A DNA stretch of 64,000 bases from Thermoproteota archaeon (GTDB taxonomy: Archaea; Korarchaeota; Korarchaeia; Korarchaeales; Korarchaeaceae). The DNA lies in NCBI GenBank assembly GCA_027492205.1, contig JAOZFN010000005.1, positions 32,001 through 96,000 on the forward strand. The letters are read 5' to 3'. The translations under genes were made by a program, and so were the position numbers. Shown one piece after another: positions 17,459 through 26,407 of this stretch (position 1 is the stretch's first letter; each line of letters starts with the position of its first letter). The notes below the pieces were generated by a model. The model saw only the letters and a list, made by a program, of their open reading frames with translations, ran no database searches and was not told the DNA's origin.

Positions 17459-18810
17459 CCGGGGGGCGTGGGTTGGAGGGGGACTTCTACCTCAGATTCC
17501 TAGGAGGAGCTAGGGAGGTCGGCCGATCCAGCGTGGAGCTGGGACTCGGGTCTAAGTCTCTGATCCTCGACTCGGGCGTCCATGTCGGCGCGAAGACACC
17601 CGAGGACAGGTATCCCCTCCGGCCCAGAGGGGAGGTGGAGGCGCTGATAGTCACCCACGCCCACCTCGACCACAGCGGGTTCTCACCCGCGCTGGTGAGG
17701 GACACGGGGTGCCCCATCTACAGCACCCCGCCAACCAGAGACGTGTCTGAGCTGCTCCTGGTTGATTTTCTCGCGCTTCAGGAGCAGAGCGGTGAGGATA
17801 AGCCCTACGAGAACGAGGACGTCATGAGGCTGAGGAGCCTAGAGCACCCAGTGAGCTTGAGGTCGCCCTTCGAGATAGGCGACGCCACCATCACGCTCTA
17901 CGATGCAGGCCACGTCTTGGGGAGCGTCATGGTCAGGATAGAGATACCCGACGCGTTTAGCGTTCTCTACACGGGTGACCTGAATCTCGGGGGAACTAGA
18001 ACCCTGTCCGGGGCCGACACGGACATTCCTCCCACGGACTACGTGATAATCGAGTCCACCTACGGTGGGGACGGGGACGCTCACCCAGCGAGGAAGAAGG
18101 TGGAGAGGAAGTTCATCACCGACGTGAGGGAGACCGTGTTGCGAGGGGGCAAGGTGATAATCCCCTGCTTCGCGCTGGGCCGAGCCCAAGAGGTGCTGCT
18201 GACCCTCCTGGCCCACATAGACAGCGGGTCGCTGCCTCCAACTCCGATATTCGTGGACGGCATGATAGTGACGATAAATAGGATCTACTCTCTCTACTGG
18301 AGCTGGCTCAGGCCAGAACTCCAGAGGAAGGTTCGCCTGTCCAAGAGGAGTCCATTTGACCACGAGCTTGTGGAGGAGGTCCGCGACCGGAAGGAGATCT
18401 TGGAGATCACGGAGCCCTACGTAGTGGTAACGACCTCAGGGATGCTCCAGGGAGGGCCGGTGGTAGACTACCTGCGCGGCCTCGCTGGCGACTCGAGGAA
18501 CCTCATCTATCTGACGGGGTATCAGGTCAGGGGGACGAGGGGGAGGGCCCTACTCGAGGGCCAGAGGAGGCTCACCCTCGACGAGGGCGACGAGATAGAG
18601 GTCAAGGCGAGGGTGGAATTTGCGGAGTTCTCGGCACACTCGGATCAGAGCGGCCTAATCGCGTTTCTCTCCCGCATACCCGGTGTTAGGGAGGTGTTCG
18701 TAGTCCACGGAGAGCCGGAGAAGTCCCGCCAACTCAGCATGAAGCTTGAGTCAAAGGGCACCCTCTCCTACGTGCCTCGAGTCGGCGAGCGGGTGACGCT
18801 CAGAGCGTGA
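17455..18810 (+). CDS. metallo-beta-lactamase beta-CASP ribonuclease without KH domains (aCPSF2-like)
   Basis: LGGAREVGRS, THAHLDHSG, AGHVLGS, YTGD, ESTYG, SGML.GG, FSAHSD, VHGE. Confidence 0.92.
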   Translation: MTGGRGLEGDFYLRFLGGAREVGRSSVELGLGSKSLILDSGVHVGAKTPEDRYPLRPRGEVEALIVTHAHLDHSGFSPALVRDTGCPIYSTPPTRDVSELLLVDFLALQEQSGEDKPYENEDVMRLRSLEHPVSLRSPFEIGDATITLYDAGHVLGSVMVRIEIPDAFSVLYTGDLNLGGTRTLSGADTDIPPTDYVIIESTYGGDGDAHPARKKVERKFITDVRETVLRGGKVIIPCFALGRAQEVLLTLLAHIDSGSLPPTPIFVDGMIVTINRIYSLYWSWLRPELQRKVRLSKRSPFDHELVEEVRDRKEILEITEPYVVVTTSGMLQGGPVVDYLRGLAGDSRNLIYLTGYQVRGTRGRALLEGQRRLTLDEGDEIEVKARVEFAEFSAHSDQSGLIAFLSRIPGVREVFVVHGEPEKSRQLSMKLESKGTLSYVPRVGERVTLRA

Positions 18811-18909
18811 TCTGACGTCGGTATTACGTGCGCGCAGCCACCTAATTATTCCACCGCCGTTAGGTCCATCCTGGAGGGGCCCCTCACCCATCGACAGGGG
18901 GAGCCGGCT

Positions 18910-19563
18910 TTGTTCGGGGAAGCTGTCAGGAAGCTGTTAAACTTCTTGCTCGGATCGCAGGAGAGGCAGAAGGTAGCCTTGGGAATCTACGGTCCGGTGA
19001 ACTCCGGCAAGACAACCCTCGCCAACCGCATGACCAGGGATTTCACTGGGAAAGACCTCGGATCGGTCAGCAAGGTTCCACACGAGACTCGGACCATTCA
19101 GATAGCCAAGGGGGTCAGAGCGAGGCTCCAGGGCAACGGAGGCAAGGCGATAGTAATGGACATAATCGACACCCCGGGCATTGCCACCCACATCAGCTAC
19201 AGAACCTTCCTGAGGTTCGGCTTCACGAAGGACGAGGCCATAAGGAGAGCAGAAGAGGCCGCACGCGGCGTTGTTGAGGCCATAAAGTCGCTTGACAACG
19301 TAGATGTGGCCCTAATAGTCCTAGACTCAGCCAAAGATCCTCTGAGCCAGGTGAACCTCCTGCTCCTGAGTCACGTCGAGGCGAAGGGAATTCCGCACAT
19401 ACTCGTGGCGAACAAGATCGATCTCCCCTACGCCCGACCCTGGAAGGTGGCCGAGTCCTATCCCGATAAGATATCCGTTCCGGTGTCGGCCCTGAGGGGA
19501 ACGCACATAGACATGCTGTACAGGAAAATCTACGAGCTGGTTAGCAGAGGTGAGGGCTCTTGA
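18910..19563 (+). CDS. oapA: small Era-like GTPase OapA/ArvA (archaeal vesiculating GTPase family)
   Basis: GIYGPVNSGKTTLANRM.RD.TG, PHETR, DTPG, EAIRRAEEAARGV.EA, DP..QVN, NKIDL, SAL; pattern recalled from haloarchaeal OapA/ArvA; N-terminal amphipathic helix. Confidence 0.88.
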   Translation: MFGEAVRKLLNFLLGSQERQKVALGIYGPVNSGKTTLANRMTRDFTGKDLGSVSKVPHETRTIQIAKGVRARLQGNGGKAIVMDIIDTPGIATHISYRTFLRFGFTKDEAIRRAEEAARGVVEAIKSLDNVDVALIVLDSAKDPLSQVNLLLLSHVEAKGIPHILVANKIDLPYARPWKVAESYPDKISVPVSALRGTHIDMLYRKIYELVSRGEGS

Positions 19564-19847
19564 GATCAAAAGCGAGAAGAGAGGTGCTTGTCCTCAGCGA
19601 AATGCCCCGAGGAGGGCGCGCCCGCGAGATCCTCCAGGAAGTACTCAAAAACAGAAGGACGCTGGTCATAGTCAGGCCCAACATGGCGGAGATGCTCTCG
19701 CTGATTCAGGAGGCCCTCCTACACGGAGATGGGCATGACGGACTGGGGATCAAGGTAGAGACCCTGGGGCGGGAGGGACCGATGGTAATCGCTCCCGGGG
19801 AAGTGGTCCTCAAGAAGAGGAGAGATACCATCACCATGACGCTGTGA
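19560..19847 (+). CDS. oapB: OapB/ArvB-like (DUF2073-like) protein
   Basis: 4-nt TTGA overlap with the oapA stop; R.IL..V, LI, GIKVET, VIAP pattern reminiscent of DUF2073; synteny. Confidence 0.65.
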   Translation: MRSKARREVLVLSEMPRGGRAREILQEVLKNRRTLVIVRPNMAEMLSLIQEALLHGDGHDGLGIKVETLGREGPMVIAPGEVVLKKRRDTITMTL

Positions 19848-19848
19848 G

Positions 19849-20208
19849 GTGACCTCGGTGGGATACACCCTGATCTTGGTATGCCCTTGGTGCGGATACT
19901 CCGAGACGTTCGATCCGGAGGACTCTCCGCCGGAGAGGTGCCCAGCTTGCGGCTCGAGCGAGATCTTAATCATGGCGTACCGCAGCTTGGTGCACGACTC
20001 CAGGGCCGCGAAGGGAGGGGATTCTAAGAGGAAGAGGTTCCGTGTCCCGATTGCGACAAAAATGAAGCCCGTGGCTCCAATATTTCAGCTTGAGCCGGGA
20101 ATCTTCAGGGTTGACCTAGAGAGGTTGTTTGAGGCGCCGGTCGAGCTGGCCGAGGAGGGGGTCGGGAGGTTCAGACTGCTCACGGGCGAGACGGGAGACG
20201 GACGCTAA
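19849..20208 (+). CDS. oapC: OapC/ArvC-like Zn-ribbon protein (DUF2072-like)
   Basis: CPWCG...CPACGS ribbon and C-terminal EPGIFRVDLERLF...G.GRF; third gene of the operon. Confidence 0.75.
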   Translation: MTSVGYTLILVCPWCGYSETFDPEDSPPERCPACGSSEILIMAYRSLVHDSRAAKGGDSKRKRFRVPIATKMKPVAPIFQLEPGIFRVDLERLFEAPVELAEEGVGRFRLLTGETGDGR

Positions 20209-20210
20209 GG

Positions 20211-20993
20211 TCAATCCACCAGCTTCCTGGATGTTACGACAAACCCGGTGTGGGCGATCATTCTGGACGCTGGACGGGTTCTCTGCTCGTTTACCTCATA
20301 ACCCCGAACTAGAACCTCGACCACCTCAATGTGTCCGAAGCCCCCATCCCTGGCGGCCACCGCGAACTTCTTGATCTGCTCGCAAGAGGGGACGAAGACG
20401 GCCAGCGGGGCGCCGGGCTTCAGAACTTCCCTGGCCGCCGGAAGCACCTCCCACGGCGCCGCCATGTCCAAGAACATCGCGTCGACGTCCCTTTCGGCGA
20501 TGTCGGTTCTGAGGTCCCCCAACTTCAGCTCCACATTCCTGACCCCCAACCTCCTCAAGTTCTCCTTGGCCATCTCGTGGAACTTCGGATTCACCTCATA
20601 GCTGACGACCTTTCCCGTAGGTCCAACCGACAGCGAGAGAGCGTACGCGAGCGATCCAGACCCCGTTCCACCCTCAACTACTAGGTCGCCAGGCCTCACC
20701 CCGCTCTTGATGATCATGTAGGCGGCGTCCTTGGGGTAGATGATCTGCGTCTTCCTACCGAGCTTCTCCATGATGTCGGCAGTGGTCGGGCGGAACACCC
20801 TCGCGATTCCCTTCTTGACCTCCACGGAGCATCCCCAGCGACGGCCGATCAGCTCCCCTAGGTCGACGGGACCCAGGTGCGTGTGGAATACCTTCCCTCT
20901 CTCTACCCTCACCAGATACTTCTTGGGACCCTTCCTCCTTCTCTCGAATACGAGGAGGGCGAGGTCTCCCTCCGATATTTCAACGGCCATCAA
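20211..20993 (-). CDS. trmI: tRNA (adenine(57/58)-N1)-methyltransferase
   Basis: FHTHLG, RKTQIIYPKD, EGGTGSG, LDMAAPW, RTRP..RMIAHTGF. Confidence 0.95.
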   Translation of the reverse strand: MMAVEISEGDLALLVFERRRKGPKKYLVRVERGKVFHTHLGPVDLGELIGRRWGCSVEVKKGIARVFRPTTADIMEKLGRKTQIIYPKDAAYMIIKSGVRPGDLVVEGGTGSGSLAYALSLSVGPTGKVVSYEVNPKFHEMAKENLRRLGVRNVELKLGDLRTDIAERDVDAMFLDMAAPWEVLPAAREVLKPGAPLAVFVPSCEQIKKFAVAARDGGFGHIEVVEVLVRGYEVNEQRTRPASRMIAHTGFVVTSRKLVD

Positions 20994-21205
20994 GGGAGGA
21001 CGTGAACTTCGCAGTCAAAAAGCGTGACCTGAGCCCTCCATCGTCAGGAGACGAACCTCCCGCAGCCGCTAGGCCAAACTAAGCAGCGCCTCGAACACCA
21101 GACCAGCGATCCACCTTGGACGATCTGTGTGATCTCCCACCGCCCTCGGTCGAGCCGAACTCAGAGCGTGAATCTTTTTATTTGGGGCCGTATAGTAACG
21201 TCGTC

Positions 21206-21221
21206 CCGCCCATATGGGCGG
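21206..21221. repeat. perfect 16-bp palindrome CCGCCCATATGGGCGG upstream of a wHTH gene
   Basis: Direct reading; lies between TTTTTATT (21175-21182) and CTTAAA (21233-21238). Confidence 0.7.
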
Positions 21222-21267
21222 CGTCTCCCGGGCTTAAACGTCCAAAAAGTGTGCCCGGTGGGGGAAA

Positions 21268-21504
21268 TTGAGGATAATACTGAACGCACACCTGAAGATT
21301 CTCCGGCGACTGGCTTACGCCGGTGACGAAGGTGTTGTCGCCTCTGAACTAATCCCAAGCAGGGTGGACAGGGAGCAAGTCCTGGGCTTCTTGTCAGAGA
21401 TGGGTTGGATCGCACGGCAGAGGAGGTTCAGAGGGGAACGAGTCTTCATCACCAAAAAGGGACTTCTTTTCCTTGAGAACCACGGCGACGGCTACGACGC
21501 ATAA
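21268..21504 (+). CDS. small winged-helix DNA-binding protein
   Basis: GGTGGGGG RBS before TTG; KILRRL...SEL...L.FL..MGWI...ITKKGLLFL wHTH pattern. Confidence 0.75.
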   Translation: MRIILNAHLKILRRLAYAGDEGVVASELIPSRVDREQVLGFLSEMGWIARQRRFRGERVFITKKGLLFLENHGDGYDA

Positions 21505-21557
21505 CCCCCCGCCCCTCTTCATTTATTTTCCCCGGAGTTCCATCGCTAGGAATCCGC

Positions 21558-23324
21558 ATGCTGGGAGACTTAAGAGTGAGGGCATCCGACGCTTCAGCTA
21601 GGCTCGCTGAGCTCGAGACGAAGAGCGGAAAGCTCAGACTCCCCGCATTCCTACCAGTGTACAATCCCAACAAGCCCTACGTCTCGCCCTCGGAGATGAG
21701 GAGGGTGGGCGCCCAGGCGATATTCACGAACTCCTACATAATATGGAGGACCCCGCGCCTGAGAGAGGTAGCCCTGGAGCGGGGCGTCCACGGCCTGCTT
21801 GGATTCGACGGCATAGTATTCACGGACTCGGGTGCCTACCAGATCTACAGGTTCGGCGGGATAGAGGCCACCAACCTAGACATGCTCAGGTTCCAGCACG
21901 CCATAGGATCGGACGTCGCGTCAATAGTGGACGTTCCCATGGCATCCCACCTCCCCAGGAGGGAAGCCCTCGATGGCGTGAGGATGACCGTCCGCAGCGC
22001 GAGGGAGTGGAGAGAGCACAGGGACGAACTCCAAGGCACCCTCTGGATTGGAACCCCGCAGGGATCCACCCATTGGGACCTGATAGGGTACACCGCCAGG
22101 GAGATGGCCGCCCTGGGGTTCGACTACTACGGCGCCGGCTCTCTTAAGGTGGCCCTGGAGACCTACGACTTCAAGGTCCAGGTCGATCTCCTCCTCGCAA
22201 TCAGAAGGTGGCTCCCGGCTGGTAGGCCGATACACTTCTGGGGGGTTGGCCTCCCATCGGCGCTGGCCCTGTTCACAGCGCTGGGGGCGGACAGCTTTGA
22301 TTCAGCCTCTTACGCCCTGTTCGCGGAGAGTGGGCGGTACATGACCCCACACGGGACCCTCCTCTTAGACGAGCTTGAAGAGTTTCCCTGCGATTGCCCC
22401 GTCTGCTCGAACTGGACCCCCAGGGAGATAAAATCCCTCCCCAAGGCGGAGAGGGTCTCGTTGCTATCAAAGCACAACCTCCACGTCCTGCTGAGCGAGA
22501 TGAGGCTGATCAGAGAGGCAATAAGGGGCCAGTGGCTGTGGGAACTCGTTCAGGAGAGGGTGAGAGCCCACCCGCGCCTCTTAGAGGCCCTCCAGTGGGC
22601 ACTCTCGAAGTACCGGGACATCCTGGAGGAGAGGGAGCCGTTCACCAAATTCCACGGCCTCTTCTACTCCGGGCCCGAGTCCGAGCACAGACCCGAGGTC
22701 ATTCGAGCTAAGAAGGCTTTGAAGAGGGTTTCCGCGGGAGGTCGGGTCTTCGAGCACCCTATTTTTGGCAAGGTGCCCATCGGCCTCAGATACACGTACC
22801 CATTCGGACAGTCCATTGTCCCGGGTTGGACCGAGCCCTCGGCGTCCCCCAGTGACTCGGAACTGATCTCAGCCATTCTCCAGTATCAGTTCGGCGTTAA
22901 AGCACCGGCAGCCTTTCGATCTCTTCGGCTCACTCGGTCGAGGGCGACTGGAATGCCCCGCGATGTGTACGACGGAGAGACTAGGGTGGGTAGCATAAGG
23001 CCGGCTGACGGCATGTTCGTCCCCTCTTTAGAAGGAGCGATCAGGCTGATCAAGGCCCTCCCGTGGCCAAAGGGGAGGGTTGTGGTGAGGGACGAGTACG
23101 CCGATAGGGTGGCCAGGGGCACGACGGTGTTCGTGAAGTTCGTCAAGGAGGTTGATCCGGAGATAAGGCCCGGAAGCGAGGTTATAGTCGTAGACGGCAG
23201 CGACAACGTTCTGGCCGTTGGAAAAGCCATCCTATCTGCGGCTGAGTACAGATCATTCCGCAGACATCAGTTCATCCGTCTGAGGCATCACTCCCTCCCA
23301 AGAGAGACCTCGGGGGAGGGTTGA
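21558..23324 (+). CDS. tgtA: archaeosine tRNA-guanine(15) transglycosylase with PUA domain
   Basis: PAFLPVYNP, TNSYII, TDSGAYQ, DSFDSASY, CDCPVC..HN Zn site, C-terminal PUA. Confidence 0.95.
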   Translation: MLGDLRVRASDASARLAELETKSGKLRLPAFLPVYNPNKPYVSPSEMRRVGAQAIFTNSYIIWRTPRLREVALERGVHGLLGFDGIVFTDSGAYQIYRFGGIEATNLDMLRFQHAIGSDVASIVDVPMASHLPRREALDGVRMTVRSAREWREHRDELQGTLWIGTPQGSTHWDLIGYTAREMAALGFDYYGAGSLKVALETYDFKVQVDLLLAIRRWLPAGRPIHFWGVGLPSALALFTALGADSFDSASYALFAESGRYMTPHGTLLLDELEEFPCDCPVCSNWTPREIKSLPKAERVSLLSKHNLHVLLSEMRLIREAIRGQWLWELVQERVRAHPRLLEALQWALSKYRDILEEREPFTKFHGLFYSGPESEHRPEVIRAKKALKRVSAGGRVFEHPIFGKVPIGLRYTYPFGQSIVPGWTEPSASPSDSELISAILQYQFGVKAPAAFRSLRLTRSRATGMPRDVYDGETRVGSIRPADGMFVPSLEGAIRLIKALPWPKGRVVVRDEYADRVARGTTVFVKFVKEVDPEIRPGSEVIVVDGSDNVLAVGKAILSAAEYRSFRRHQFIRLRHHSLPRETSGEG

Positions 23325-24084
23325 GGAGCGAGTTATAGATGTAGCACTCCCCGGGTTCAACCCTCAAATCATCCCCCCCGCGGCCGGGATCCGGCTCAAC
23401 CCCCTCCCAATCGATCAGGGCGAAGGGGGTCTTCTCGGCCGACTCTCCCATTACCAGCGCCGCCGAGGCCGCCAGACTGTCGGCCACGTTTACGACCGTG
23501 AACCTGAGAGGCTTCCCGTAGATGTCCGGTTTTCCCCTAAGGTCCCGAAGGGGCTTCAGCCCCCACACGCCCAGCGCTACCCCTATGACCCCCCTCCTGA
23601 ACAGCGTGAGCCTGCTGTCCACGATGATCGCCCCCACAGCCACACCCCGGCGGTCTAGGAACCACTCAACTATCCTCCTGGCCTCCCCGTCCGGATCGAC
23701 GGGATGGAGAACCACGTAGCCCGGAGGTGAGTTAGATCGATCGATACCGGCCGAGCCCACCGGTATTCCGTTCTTGTAGGTGAACAGGTACCCTCTGTAC
23801 CCGCCCAAGAGAAGGTCCGCCTCTTCGAGAACGGCGGAAGTCTTCCAGGGTTCCGCCCCGTAGTGTTCAGCGATCCGCTTAGCTAGGTCGCTAACCTCAG
23901 ACCACCGGCTGATGGGGACCACCCTCCCCTGACTGTAGGAGACGACCTTGCTGGCTACCGCTATTACCTCCCCGTCCGAGAGGTGGATGCCCCTGTAATC
24001 GAGTTCCTGGTCGAGTCGGGCCAAGTAGTCCTCTCCGATTCCGATTGGGGGATCTACCGGACCTATCGGTCGAACCCTCAGCAC
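23272..24084 (-). CDS. cofE: coenzyme F420-0:gamma-glutamyl ligase-like protein (ORF opens at 24120; likely start GTG 24084)
   Basis: SKVVS.SQGR, AGIDRSN, DSR..FRRG..GVALG, DLRGKPDIYG.PL..T, AD.LA..A.LVMGE. Confidence 0.85.
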   Translation of the reverse strand: MLRVRPIGPVDPPIGIGEDYLARLDQELDYRGIHLSDGEVIAVASKVVSYSQGRVVPISRWSEVSDLAKRIAEHYGAEPWKTSAVLEEADLLLGGYRGYLFTYKNGIPVGSAGIDRSNSPPGYVVLHPVDPDGEARRIVEWFLDRRGVAVGAIIVDSRLTLFRRGVIGVALGVWGLKPLRDLRGKPDIYGKPLRFTVVNVADSLAASAALVMGESAEKTPFALIDWEGVEPDPGRGGDDLRVEPGECYIYNSLLNPPPRSLLGGSDASDG

Positions 24085-24632
24085 TCCAGTCCCCCCTGAT
24101 GCCCACACGGCTCGAAGCACCTCTCGAGCAGCTCTACGGCCTCTGCCCTCCTCCCTTCATCGACTCTAACCACCACAGCCCCCCGCCCTGGCTGCCCGTA
24201 GACTACCGCCGCGTCCGTGGGTGAGAGGATAACCGCGGGGAAGCCCAGCAGATCCTCCTCTCCATCGACCAATACGGTGACCCTCTCCCCCCCGATCGCG
24301 GAGGCAATCGCGTCCTTCACGGACCTCCAGGCCTCTCTGGTTATCGTGCCCGCGGGATTTCCTGTCTCAATGACCCTCCTCCCCAGAAGGAGGGCTGGCA
24401 AGTCGACCTTCTCCCTCTTCTCCATCATGTCCACTATGGCCACGTCGGGTTCAACCCCCGCCTCTACCATGCTCGCCGAGACCCTGTCACCAACGGCCAC
24501 GATGAGACTGCAGCCTCTGAATACCTCGGCCCCCAGAGACCCCCGCAACGGGCCTCTGGGTTTGGCCAATATAGCCCTGCACTCGTCTCTGAGCCTGACG
24601 TCGACGATGAGCTCATCTCCCTTTAGCAACAT
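24078..24632 (-). CDS. GTP-dependent dephospho-CoA kinase (DUF359)
   Basis: VGDRVS, IVD...KR, NPAGTIT, VDGEEDLL, YGQPG.G. Confidence 0.9.
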   Translation of the reverse strand: MLLKGDELIVDVRLRDECRAILAKPRGPLRGSLGAEVFRGCSLIVAVGDRVSASMVEAGVEPDVAIVDMMEKREKVDLPALLLGRRVIETGNPAGTITREAWRSVKDAIASAIGGERVTVLVDGEEDLLGFPAVILSPTDAAVVYGQPGRGAVVVRVDEGRRAEAVELLERCFEPCGHQGGLEC

Positions 24633-24682
24633 CTCCGTTACGGCCGCCACCTGAATATAATCCAGGAGGGCGCTCCACCCGG

Positions 24683-26260
24683 ATGAAGGTACTCTTGGTC
24701 GACGCGCTTGCTTCAGGCTCAGGCAGAAGGAGATCCTCCATTGACGTGATCGGGGCAGGGCCTAGGCAGATTGCCGGGATTCTAGAGACGTTCGGAATTG
24801 AATACAGGTTGGTCACCGCTGAGGACGCCCTGATATCCAAAGCTAGGGAGTTTGACGTCCTGATGGTCAGCGCCATGACCATGGACGCGCCGGCCGCTCG
24901 GCGGCTGGCGGCCCGCCATCGTAGGGCCGTCAAGGTCTTGGGTGGGCCGATAACCAACGACCCCACCGTCGTCTCTAGGCTAGGGTACGACTTCGGGATC
25001 TGGGGTGAGGGCGAGGCGGCGCTGGCGCGGGTAATTGAGGCTGGCGGACTTTCAGAACCGAGCCGCCTGACCCCCGATATCCCGAATTTGCTGCTGAACC
25101 GCGGGGGCAGAGTGGTGGCGGGACCGAGGAGAAGGTTAACCCCCGGTGAATTCAACTCTCTCTCACCGTCGACGGAGGCGGTCAGGCACTACAGATCCAG
25201 ACCCCACTACCGCTACGCACGGGTTTACGTTGAGGTCGAAAGGGGCTGTTCAAATTTCATTAGACCGGCGCTGACGGCAGATCGAAAAATCTGCGATGTC
25301 TGTGGAGCCTGTCTCGGAAGCAGGCCGCCGCTGGAGGTATGTCCCCAAGGGATACCCCCTGGATGCGGTTACTGCTCGATTCCAGCAACGTACGGTGCAC
25401 CCAAGTCCAAGGACGTCTCCAACGTTGTGCGCGAGGTCGAGAGCCTGATAGCGCTGGGCGCTCAGCGGATCATACTAAGCGGCGCCGACTTTCTCGATTA
25501 CGGGCGGGATCGGGAGGGAGGTGCGTTACACCCGTGTGAGCCGGGACCGAACCTGGGTGCCGTCGAGGATCTCCTGCGGTCAATAGCGTCAATACCGCAG
25601 GTGAGGGACGGCGAGGTCTACGTGGGGATTGAGAACGTTAAACCCTGTCTCTTGACCGACGAGGCGGTATCTCTGCTCTCGCACTACCTGCCAAACTCCG
25701 TCGTTCACGTGGGGATTGAGACGGGGGACGACCCTCACGCGAGGATCCTGGGGAGGCCCTGCAGCTCGACACTCGCTGAGGAGAGGGTTAAGGCGGCGGC
25801 GGAGGACGGCCTGAGGGTATACGCGTACTTCATCCACGGCCTCCCAGGGCAGTCGATGGCGACGGCTAGGGCTACCGTGGAGATGATGGAGAGGCTCTAC
25901 AGGGCCGGTGTCGAGAAATTCACCGTCTACAGGTTCAAGCCCCTCCCGGGTTCGGCCTTCGAGTCCCTTCAGCCGGGCCCACCTGCCAGAGAAGACAGGG
26001 CCTCTGCGCTCATAGAGTCAACGGCCAGGAGGCTCAACGTCGCCCGCAAGCGCGGGATGATGGGAAAGAGGCTCGAGGTCATCTTCTCGTCCAACTTCCA
26101 CAGGGGCGCCAGGGTGGCCTACCCGATCCGCGAGGGCCCAACTTGCCTAGTGAAAGGCGCTCCCAAGTCTGTCAGGGTTGGCGACAGGGGTTACGTCCTC
26201 GTGACGGGTCTCGTGTCGGATAGGGCGCTGCTGGCGGAGTTTCTCAACAAGGAGACTTGA
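24683..26260 (+). CDS. radical SAM protein with N-terminal B12-binding-like domain, split cluster motif and C-terminal TRAM-like domain; function unknown
   Basis: VSAMTMD, LGGP, GEGE; ERGC-x38-CGYC; GIETGD, FIHGLPG. Confidence 0.85.
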   Translation: MKVLLVDALASGSGRRRSSIDVIGAGPRQIAGILETFGIEYRLVTAEDALISKAREFDVLMVSAMTMDAPAARRLAARHRRAVKVLGGPITNDPTVVSRLGYDFGIWGEGEAALARVIEAGGLSEPSRLTPDIPNLLLNRGGRVVAGPRRRLTPGEFNSLSPSTEAVRHYRSRPHYRYARVYVEVERGCSNFIRPALTADRKICDVCGACLGSRPPLEVCPQGIPPGCGYCSIPATYGAPKSKDVSNVVREVESLIALGAQRIILSGADFLDYGRDREGGALHPCEPGPNLGAVEDLLRSIASIPQVRDGEVYVGIENVKPCLLTDEAVSLLSHYLPNSVVHVGIETGDDPHARILGRPCSSTLAEERVKAAAEDGLRVYAYFIHGLPGQSMATARATVEMMERLYRAGVEKFTVYRFKPLPGSAFESLQPGPPAREDRASALIESTARRLNVARKRGMMGKRLEVIFSSNFHRGARVAYPIREGPTCLVKGAPKSVRVGDRGYVLVTGLVSDRALLAEFLNKET

Positions 26261-26266
26261 GCGAGG

Positions 26267-26343
26267 TGGTGGGGCCGCCGGGATTTGAACCCGGGACCAC
26301 CAGCGCCCCAGGCTGGCATCCTACCAAGCTAGACCACGGCCCC
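26267..26343 (-). tRNA. tRNA-Pro(GGG), CCA encoded
   Basis: Reverse complement GGGGCCGTGGTCTAGCTTGGTAGGATGCCAGCCTGGGGCGCTGGTGGTCCCGGGTTCAAATCCCGGCGGCCCCACCA. Confidence 0.96.
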
Positions 26344-26407
26344 ACGGCCAAACCATCTCGTCCCAGCTCTGGTTATAAACAGTTTGTCTGAGCCGGTCTG
26401 ATCTGCG

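Noticed and set aside
18841-18909. Possible replication origin or ORB upstream of oapA (TCCATCCTGGAGGGG; palindrome GAGGGGCCCCTC 18874..18885)
   Set aside because: Spacing does not fit the TTCCAxTGGAA ORB core, single copy, no AT-rich unwinding element and no cdc6/orc1 nearby
21069-21140. 23-codon ORF on minus strand (MGDHTDRPRWIAGLVFEALLSLA) upstream of trmI
   Set aside because: Too short, no clear promoter or homology; cannot be supported
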